NCBI GenBank assembly: GCA_963798085.1
Contig: CAWCRS010000008.1
Location: 192,001 to 256,000, forward strand
Direction: 5' to 3'
Length of the DNA: 64,000 nt
From: an uncultured Gemmatimonadales bacterium
GTDB lineage: Bacteria; Gemmatimonadota; Gemmatimonadetes; Longimicrobiales; RSA9
The notes below the pieces were generated by a model that made no database searches, had not been told where the DNA came from, and saw nothing but the letters and a program-made list of their open reading frames with translations. The translations under genes and the position numbers were made by a program. Below, piece by piece: positions 47,014 to 55,146 of the stretch (position 1 is the first letter of the stretch; every line of letters starts with the position of its first letter).

Positions 47014-47343
47014 TGGCATCGCCGTGACGCGCCGACCGTGTGTGTGTTACCACGACCGGCCCGCCGGCGCACCCATCTTGCGCCCTCTGCGGCGACCGCT
47101 TAGGTATCGGCGGGAATTGGCTGCTGCGGCCCCTCGGTCCCGTGACTGCGCGGGTCCCTCGTATCACCTGCCGTGGCGACCGGAAGCAATCCGGGCGCAC
47201 CCCCACGCCTCCAGCCCAATGCCGGGCACGCTGTCCGCATCGAGGCGCTTCGCCCGCTTACTTGAACAACACGAGCGTACCGATGACGTGACCGGTTCGT
47301 GCCGGCGCGTGGTCGTCATGCTGGCTCACCACCGCGGAGCTCC

Positions 47344-48435
47344 GTGGACCCGATCGCATCCGAGGCCGTTGCCACCCTCACCACCGCCGTGACGTCGCTG
47401 CTGCCGCCTCCGGTGGATCCGTCCGTTCCACACGCCGTACTGGTCACGCCACTGCGCATTGCCACCACTGGGCTGGGCGGTTTCGTGGGTCTGAACCCGG
47501 ACCCCCAGGGTGAGATTTTCGGGCGGCGCATCCGGGCGAGAGTGGACGTGAACGTGGGCGCGTTGACCGCGACCGGACTCGATTCCGCGCTCGCTCACGT
47601 GACCAGCGCGGTGATGACGACGGGTCGCGAAGAGTTGTCGCAGCTCGGAATCCTGAAGCTCGGCGTGCTCGAGCTGGGTCCCCAGCCCGATGCCAGCGCC
47701 GCACCGCCTGCCGCCGCGCGCCGCGCCGTGTCGTTCAATGTGCTGTACGAATTCCTGAAGCTGCCCGTGCAGGCCGGCGGCGTCATCCAGACGATCCCGC
47801 TCGACATCGACAGCACCCTGGCGGTGAACGATCCGCGCGTGCTGCTGCGCGGGCCGTTCCTGCCTCCCTCGTTGGATCTCTTCGAAGTCTTCGACGACAA
47901 CGCGGCCACCACGGCGTCGCCTTCGGCATGGTCTTTCGACACGGCCGACGCGGCCATCATCCAGACGGCAGACATCACGGGTGGCGCAAACGCGCCGACG
48001 CCCGACAAGCCCGGAACGTACTGCGTGCTGCGCACCACGCCGGTGCGTCCACCGCTGCGCGACTTCACCATGGCGGCGGAGGTGCTCACTACCTCGCCGG
48101 GCGGCATCGGCATGGTCTTCCGCTTCGTCGATGTGAACAACTTCTATTTCGCGCTGCTCGACAGCCGTAACGGCTTCCGCATGCTGGGCAAGAAGGTGGC
48201 GGGCGTGTTCGGGGCGCTGCAATCCGGAGGTCTGGATGCGGCGGCGGGTTTCAGCGCGGGCACGCTCGTGCGCGTGCGTCTGGTGGCCCAGGGCGATGAG
48301 TTCCGCCTGCTGATCGACGGTCGCGGCGTGCTCGACGGCCGGGATGATGAGCTGGCGGCGGGCGGGCGCGTGGGTTTCCTGACACGTCATTGCACGGGCG
48401 CGCGCTTCTTCGACCTGATGCTCGTCCGGCTGTAA
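47344..48435 (+). CDS. Putative tail terminator/cap-like domain fused to a ConA/LamG-like beta-sandwich
   Basis: GTG start with GGAG RBS; lies directly before the sheath; C-half GIGMVFRFVDVNNFY...FRLLIDGRGVL...GRVGF...ARFFDL resembles a lectin-like jelly roll. Confidence 0.5.
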   Translation: MDPIASEAVATLTTAVTSLLPPPVDPSVPHAVLVTPLRIATTGLGGFVGLNPDPQGEIFGRRIRARVDVNVGALTATGLDSALAHVTSAVMTTGREELSQLGILKLGVLELGPQPDASAAPPAAARRAVSFNVLYEFLKLPVQAGGVIQTIPLDIDSTLAVNDPRVLLRGPFLPPSLDLFEVFDDNAATTASPSAWSFDTADAAIIQTADITGGANAPTPDKPGTYCVLRTTPVRPPLRDFTMAAEVLTTSPGGIGMVFRFVDVNNFYFALLDSRNGFRMLGKKVAGVFGALQSGGLDAAAGFSAGTLVRVRLVAQGDEFRLLIDGRGVLDGRDDELAAGGRVGFLTRHCTGARFFDLMLVRL

Positions 48436-48467
48436 CGAATCGGCGCCCGTCCGCGGGCGAACCCGTC

Positions 48468-48492
48468 CGCGTCCGGCTGGCTCCCGGACGCG
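48468..48492 (+). other. Intercistronic hairpin upstream of the sheath RBS
   Basis: CGCGTCCGG-ctggctc-CCGGACGCG; no U-tract. Confidence 0.4.
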
Positions 48493-48522
48493 CGGCGATC
48501 ACTCCAGCGTGGGAGGCTGCAC

Positions 48523-49599
48523 ATGGCTGAGACTTTCACTCTTTCCGAGCTGGTCGTACCGGGGACGTACATCCGGGTGTCCGCGGAAGGGCTCATTGGC
48601 GTCGGCGGCATCTCGACCGGGAACATCGGCATTGTGGGAACCGCGGGTACTGTGGACGCCGAGACGCACATCCTCGGCGACTACCGCACGACCGGCGAGA
48701 CATTCGGCGCGTACGACGGCGCCAGCAACGGCAGCGGTACGCTGAATCTCACGCGGGCGCTCGAGATCGCCTACCGCAACGGCGGGCGCACCGTGTTTGC
48801 GCGCGCACTGGCGGCGGGCGCCAATGCGGCCGCGTTCTCCACCGCGTTCGACGAGATCATCAAGGAGGATGTCAACATCCTGATCGCGCCCGAGCTGTCC
48901 ACCAGCGATGCGCTCAGCGTGCTGGGCAGCGCCGTGGAGACGGCGGAGAATGCGGGTCGCGACATGATCGCCGTGGTGGGCTCCAATGCCAGCACCGTGG
49001 CCACCATCAACGGCCAGGTGCCCACCAACGATCGCATTGTCTTCACCGGTCCGGGCATCGTCGCGTTCAATGCGGCGCTGGGCGCCTCGGTCGCGCTCAA
49101 CGGCACCTACAGCGCCGCCGCCGTGGCCGGTCTGCTGAGCACGCTGTCGCCGCAGCAGAGCCCCACTAACAAGGTACTATCGGGTGTGGTGCAGCTGGCG
49201 CGGCGTTTCTCCTATGCGGAGAAGATCCAGCTGCTCAACGGTCGCGTGGCCGTGCTGGAGCAGCGCCAGGGCGTGCGCGTGGTGCGCGGCCTCACCACCA
49301 ATGACGGCGGCTTCCGCCAGATCACTACCCGCCGCATCACGGACTTTGCCAAGGCGGGCATCCGCAAGGCATCCGATCCGTTCATCGGCAAGCTGAACAA
49401 CCAGCGTGTGCGCAAGGCGCTCTACGGCGCCATCGACGGCTTCCTCACCACCATGCTGCTGGACGAGCAGCTCACCGGCTACACGCTCGAGGTCACGGCC
49501 TCGCGCCAGGACGAGATCAATGGCCGCGCGCTGGTGAACGCGGTGCTGCGTCCGACGTTCAGCATCGACTTCGTGGCGGTCACTCTGGTCCTCGAATAG
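48523..49599 (+). CDS. Contractile tail sheath protein (short, 358 aa)
   Basis: N-terminal VPGTYI...IGIVGTA; C-terminal ITTRRITDF...FIGKLNN...LRPTFSIDFVAVTL; GGGAGG RBS. Confidence 0.88.
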   Translation: MAETFTLSELVVPGTYIRVSAEGLIGVGGISTGNIGIVGTAGTVDAETHILGDYRTTGETFGAYDGASNGSGTLNLTRALEIAYRNGGRTVFARALAAGANAAAFSTAFDEIIKEDVNILIAPELSTSDALSVLGSAVETAENAGRDMIAVVGSNASTVATINGQVPTNDRIVFTGPGIVAFNAALGASVALNGTYSAAAVAGLLSTLSPQQSPTNKVLSGVVQLARRFSYAEKIQLLNGRVAVLEQRQGVRVVRGLTTNDGGFRQITTRRITDFAKAGIRKASDPFIGKLNNQRVRKALYGAIDGFLTTMLLDEQLTGYTLEVTASRQDEINGRALVNAVLRPTFSIDFVAVTLVLE

Positions 49600-49613
49600 G
49601 GAGAAACACAGCG

Positions 49614-50108
49614 ATGGCGAATACGCGGGTGTACACGGGGGCAGATGGCTCGATCACACTCTCGGCGGGGCAGGGTGCCGAAGGCGACGCCGCTAACGCG
49701 GTGATCACGGCGTTCGACACCATCTCGGTGGGTCGCGTGCAGAACGTGCGCGTCGAGGTGCAGTCCGCCGTGAAGGCGTACCACGAGATCGGCCAGCGCT
49801 ACGCGACCGAGCTGCGCCCCGGCAACGTCACGGTGCGCGGCACGATCGGCCGCGCCATGATCAACGGCGCCATGCTGCGTCTGCTGCTGGGCGAGGCGGC
49901 CAATGGCCGGCCCAAGGCGAGCTGGGCGCAGCCTTCCTTCAACATCACGCTGCTCGCGGAAAACGCGGCGCAGCCGGGCGTGCGCAACACGCTCACGCTG
50001 CACGATGTGAAGCTGGAGTCGTGGGTCTACGCCATGCCCGAAGATGAATTCCTGGCGGAAGCGCTCACCTTCCAGGCGCTCTACGTCACCGTGGCGGATG
50101 AAGGCTGA
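49614..50108 (+). CDS. Tail tube protein
   Basis: 164 aa directly after the sheath; beta-rich VGRVQNVRVEV...HEIGQR...GNVTVRGTI...LTLHDVKLESW...EALTFQA. Confidence 0.75.
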   Translation: MANTRVYTGADGSITLSAGQGAEGDAANAVITAFDTISVGRVQNVRVEVQSAVKAYHEIGQRYATELRPGNVTVRGTIGRAMINGAMLRLLLGEAANGRPKASWAQPSFNITLLAENAAQPGVRNTLTLHDVKLESWVYAMPEDEFLAEALTFQALYVTVADEG

Positions 50109-50581
50109 TGCTGAGCGCCGAGGAATTGCTCGCGGGCAGCGGGCTGGCGTACGAGGTGCGCCTGCCGCCGGAGGTATTGCGGCCGGGCGCGGGTGATGCG
50201 GCGAACGCGGGCGCGCAGACGGTGAAGCTGCGCCCGCTCACCGTGGCCGATCTCCAGCTGGTCACGCGCGCCGCCAGGGAGAGCGACACGCTGGTCGCCA
50301 CGCTCATGGTCCAGCGCGCGCTGATCGAACCCGCCATGACGGTCGTGCAGGTGGCGGGCATGCACGTGGGACTGCTGGAATTCCTGCTCGGCGAAGTCAT
50401 GCGCATCAGCGGCATGAGCGTGACCGAGCCCGAATTGCAGTCCGCGGTGGAGGCGCCGCTGGCGAAGGCGGCGCACGTGCTGGCGAAGGAGTTCGGCTGG
50501 ACACCGCCACAGGTCAGTGAGCTGACGCTGGGCCAGATCATGGTGCACCTGCAGATGCTGCAGCAGGAGGCATCACCTTGA
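50108..50581 (+). CDS. Tail assembly chaperone-like protein
   Basis: Position after the tube; VKLRPLTVADL, and C-terminal LAKEFGWTPPQVSELTLGQI; TGATG coupling. Confidence 0.7.
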   Translation: MLSAEELLAGSGLAYEVRLPPEVLRPGAGDAANAGAQTVKLRPLTVADLQLVTRAARESDTLVATLMVQRALIEPAMTVVQVAGMHVGLLEFLLGEVMRISGMSVTEPELQSAVEAPLAKAAHVLAKEFGWTPPQVSELTLGQIMVHLQMLQQEASP

Positions 50582-51624
50582 GCCGCACGCCGCGCGAAGG
50601 CGGGTCCGAATCCATGCATATGGGCAACGCCGTGCTGCTGGCGCACGTCCGCCACGTGCGTTCGCTGCTGGCGCGGCTGCGCCAGCCGGACGCGCCCCTC
50701 TGGCGCCTGGCGGGGGATGCCGAGGCGCACCTGCGCGTGCTGACACCGCAGTTCGCGGCGCTCGAGGTGGACCCGTTCGCTGGCCTGCCGGCCGTGGCGT
50801 ACGAACAGCCCGTTGAGGGCGACGACGCACCCGCCCCCGTCCGGCGCGAAGTGGAACCGCCGTTGCCGCCGCCGCGTCCGGCGACGTCTTTGGAAGCAGC
50901 GGCCGAGCCTCTGCGTTCGGCGAACCCGGCCCGCGCCGGCGAGGTCGCGCCGAAGGGCCAACACGGTGTCAGAGGTGCCGTGCTGCCACTCTCGCCTCGC
51001 CGGCGGTCGCGCGCAACGGCGGCGGGCTCGGCGGGCAGTCGCGCGCACGCGCTCGGCGCCATCGAACCGCCCGCTCCTCCGGCTGCAGCCGCCCGGGCCG
51101 ACGCAGCAGGACCGCCAGCCGTGGCCGCTAATGTCGTGTCAGTAAGCGTGGAGAACGCGGGCGTTGTCGCGCAGCCGATGGATCTGGGTGCGCTGGCGGC
51201 GCGGGTGCTGGCGCAGGTCGCGGCAGAGAAAGCGCGCACGGCGCCGGCCGGGCCGGGCACGCGCGATCGACTGACACGGGCTGCGCCGCGGTCCGCGAGC
51301 GGGCCTGCTGCAGAGGCGGCGCTGCGCGGCGCCACGCTGCGCCCCGCCGTTCCCCGCAGCGTCGCGCGCGACAGGCGAGCCGGCAATGTACCGTCGGCCG
51401 ACGCGAGTCCCCGGGCAGCGCTGCTGCCATCATTGCCCGATGCCGCGCGCCCTGTGGCGGCGCCGCTGGCCGCACCTGTCGACGGGGCTGCGCGCGAGCC
51501 CGGGTTCTACTTCGACCCGCTCGCGCCGCGTGCGGCGGTGGCGGACGAGGAAGAGCTGCTGGCGGAGCGGGTCGCGCGCGTGCTGCACGAGCAGGCCCGC
51601 CGCCAGGGAGTGGACCTGACGTGA
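50578..51624 (+). CDS. Ala/Pro/Arg-rich low-complexity protein with ordered-looking termini
   Basis: Fills the gap between coupled genes; ends EELLAERVARVLHEQARRQGVDLT; start uncertain. Confidence 0.55.
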   Translation: MSRTPREGGSESMHMGNAVLLAHVRHVRSLLARLRQPDAPLWRLAGDAEAHLRVLTPQFAALEVDPFAGLPAVAYEQPVEGDDAPAPVRREVEPPLPPPRPATSLEAAAEPLRSANPARAGEVAPKGQHGVRGAVLPLSPRRRSRATAAGSAGSRAHALGAIEPPAPPAAAARADAAGPPAVAANVVSVSVENAGVVAQPMDLGALAARVLAQVAAEKARTAPAGPGTRDRLTRAAPRSASGPAAEAALRGATLRPAVPRSVARDRRAGNVPSADASPRAALLPSLPDAARPVAAPLAAPVDGAAREPGFYFDPLAPRAAVADEEELLAERVARVLHEQARRQGVDLT

Positions 51625-51657
51625 CGCGCGGACTGCGCCGCCGTCCGGACTGAAGCC

Positions 51658-54600
51658 ATGGCCACGGTACTCGAGCAGATCCAGGCTGCGCTGTCCGGCA
51701 ATGACGCGAACGTTCGCGTCAGCGCGCAGGCCGGCAACCTGCAGGGCATCGGCGGCCTGGTCGCGGGTCTCGCGAAGAGTCCGCCCGCGCAGATCACGAA
51801 CCTGCAGCGCGCCTTCGCCGCGCTCGAGCTGCCCGACTTCCCCCTGGGCGATTTCGTCTCGCGCATCAGTGACGCGCGCGCGGCCCTGCCCACGGATGCG
51901 GGGGGCGCGCTCAGCGGCGTGCTGGGAGATCTCTCGAACATCGAGCAGGAGTTCAGCGGCGGCATCGCGTCGTCGCTGGCCAATGCACTCGTCGCCTTCG
52001 AAAAGGTGCAGGCGCTGGCCGACATCCGGTTCCACTGCACGAATGGCGCAGGCAGTGCACCGGCGGGCGGCGGCAGTGCGGGCGGAGCGGGCGGAGCGGG
52101 CGGCGCGGGCGGCGCGAGTGGCTCAGGCGGTGCCGGTGGCACGGGCAGCGCCACGGCGCCGCCGCCCACACCCATGGCGCTCGCGGTGGCGCAGGCTGAC
52201 AGCGTGTTCGACCGACTGCCGGTGCCCTTCGATCTGCGCGCGCTGCTGCGCTTCCTGCACGACAAGACAGCGTTCCGCCGCGAACCGCTGTTCCCGGCGG
52301 TGCTGCCGCTGTTCGACGATCTGCGCGATCCGCTGGACACGCTCATGGTGTGGGAGTCGCTGACACCGGCGCAGGTGCTGCAGCAGATCGCGACGGCGCT
52401 GCAGGATGCGAACACGCATGTACGCACGGGTGTGGAGCGCACGCTGGGTCCGCTGTTCGCCGACCTCGATGGCTTCATGGCCACCATGCCGGCGGCGGAC
52501 CTCGCCCGCATCGCGGACCGCATCACCATCCGTCTGGGCGAGCTGCGCGCCGCGGTGCAGGCCGGCAATGTGGGCGGCACAGGCGGGGCCGTGAGCGAGA
52601 TCGGTGCGCTGCTCGACGAATACGATGCGCTGCGCCCCGCACTGGCGCCTCGCATCAATGCGGTGCCGGCGCTGCGTACACGTCTCGCCGAAGTGGCGGA
52701 GGATCTGGACCTCGGCATGGCCAGCATGGTCTCGATCCTGAAGCCGGGCGGCGGCGCGCTCACTCGCCTGGCCATGCCGCGCTTCGAATGCGCTGAACCG
52801 GCTGCAGATCTGGGCGCAGGGCATGGCCGACTGGCTGCACAATGTGGCCGGCGCCATTGACCTCTCCGCCATCCAGGGCCCCATCGGCACCATCGCCGGC
52901 CGCGTCGAGTCCGTGGCCGAGGGGCTGCAACAGGGCATTACCACGATCACGGTGGACGTGCAGAGCGTGTTCACGACCGTGCAGTCCGTGATCGACACGC
53001 TCGATCCTGCGCAGCTGCAGGCGGAGGTGCAGGCCGCAGTCCAGCGTTTCCGCGACGAGATCATTGCGCGTGTCAGCGCCCTGGTCGGCCCGGCGCGCGC
53101 GGCGGTGCTTCAGGCTGTGACCGCGATCGATCAGGCCGTCGGTGCATTCGATCCGGGCAATGTCATTGCGGCCATCTCCGCTGCCATCAATGCGCTGGCC
53201 GGCGTGCTGGGCGATGGTCCCATCGGCCAGGCCATGAGTGCCGTGCACGATGGCCTCGAAGCGGTGGCGAAGCAGCTGACGGCGCTCTCCTTCACACCCA
53301 CCGCCGACTCCGTGGTGAGCGTGATCGACTCCCTCCGATCCACGCTCGAGGCCATCGATCCGGCTCTGCTGCCCTCGCCGGCAGCGGATGCGCTCAAGTC
53401 CGCCGCATCCGTGCTGCCGGGCGATCTCGAGCCCATCACGGATCCCATCATCGACAGCTTCGGCGAGATCGTGGACAGCGGGCCGACCCCGGTTCTCGAG
53501 CAGGTGCGCGATGCGCCCGCGCAGTTGCTCGAGGCCGTGCGCAGCTTCGATCCCGAATCGCTGGTCGGCGATCAGCTGACGGGACCGTTCAATAGCGTGC
53601 TGCGCTCCATGGAGCAGTTCCGGCCGAGCGATCTGCTGAAGCCAGTGGGCAAGGAGCTGGACGCCTTCAAACAGCAGCTGCGCAAGGCAGCCAGTCCGGG
53701 GCGCGCAGCGCAGGCGCTGCAGGCACCGTTCGACGCGCTGAAGCAGACGCTCGCGAACTTCGATCCCAATGCACTGGTGCAGCCGCTGCAGGGGGCGCTC
53801 GCAACCGTGCGCGACGGCCTGCTCAAGGTTGTGCCGGTGGATGAGACGTTCGCCATCATCGACGAAGGTCTTGCCGCCGTCCAGCGCGTGCTTGACACCA
53901 TGGACGCGGTGGTGCGAGTCCTGCGCCGTGTGCACGAGGCTGCGAATTCGCTCGTCGGTGTGCGCGGACAGCTGGACGCGTGGGTGAACAATGTACTGGC
54001 GCGCGTCGAATGGCATTACGGACACGTCGAGCCTGGTGCCGTTGCTGGACAACCTGCGCACCGCGCTGGATGGCACGCGCGCGTCGGCGATCGGTCCGCG
54101 TTTCGCCGCGGGCACGGCCACGGCGCGTGCTGCGCTCGACAGCGTGAACGGCACGACCCGTCTCGCGTCGCTGATCCAGGCGCATCGTGCCATCCCGCGG
54201 CCCGCGCTGCAGGCGCTGCCGGCCTCGGCGCAGAAGACCGCACTGCAGGCGGTGCTGGATCGCTTCGATCCACTGCTGCCCGCGTTCGGTTCGCCATGGC
54301 AGCAGCTGGGCGCGCTGCGCCAGGGACTCGTCGAGGGTGACGCCGAGCTGCAGGCGCTGCTGCCCGTGTGGGACGATCGCTTCCACTTCGCGGGCGGCTC
54401 ACTCGACGAGCTGCGTCAGGCCCAGCCCACCACGGCGCAGTTGCGCGCGTTCGCGCAGCAGGCGCTCGAGACGCACTTCGTCGAGCCCATTGCCAACGCC
54501 CTGTCGTTTCTCGATCCGGCAAGAGAGTTCCTCGATGCTCTGCTGACTCCCTTCGAGGATCTGATCACCACGCTGCACGCGCGCCTGGCCGCACTGCTCA

Positions 54601-55121
54601 CGGGCCCGGCATCACTCACGGCGATTCGCGATGGGCTGGGCCGCATCGACGACCTGGTGAAGGGACTGGACCTCGAGTTCCTGCGCACCAGCCTGCACAC
54701 GCTGTTCGACGACATTCGTCACAAGCTCGACGACGTGAGCCCGCAGAAGCTGGCGGAAGCGCTGGACAGGAGCTTCGCGGCGGTGCTGGACGGCATCACG
54801 ATCGATCTGATCCTGCCGCCCGCCAATGTGAAGCAGATCGACAAGACATACAGCGACGTGGTGGAGAAGCTGCGGTTGCTCGACCCGTCGCACATCGTGA
54901 ACAATGTGGTGAAGCCGCTCTTCGAGCAGAAGGTGGTGCCGCTCGTCGACAAGTTCGACGTCTCGCCCTTCATCGACACGATCAACGATCGCCTGGGTTC
55001 GCTCGACGATGAGCTGCGCGCGGAAATCGGGCATGTGAATCAGGCGTACATCAAGCTGCTCGCGGCACTGCCCTCCGGCAGTACGCCGAGTGCCAGCGTG
55101 TCCGTCTCGGTAGCCGCATGA
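51658..55121 (+). CDS. Large helical-repeat protein A1 (~1150 aa; tape-measure/apolipoprotein-like); frameshifts ~52780 and ~54011
   Basis: Three ORF pieces align end to end with the intact paralog 58217..61669. Confidence 0.8.
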
Positions 55122-55146
55122 GCAGACGAGCGGCAGGGCGGTGCGC

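Noticed and set aside
47014..47343. Promoter or ncRNA ahead of the tail operon
   Set aside because: No recognisable -35/-10 pair, riboswitch or repeat found by eye
52070..52150. GGCGGAGCG-type short repeats as a CRISPR or DNA repeat element
   Set aside because: They encode the Gly/Ala linker of A1; no spacers
52760..54020. Programmed frameshifting in A1
   Set aside because: No slippery heptamer seen, paralog A2 is continuous, and similar indels occur throughout the window
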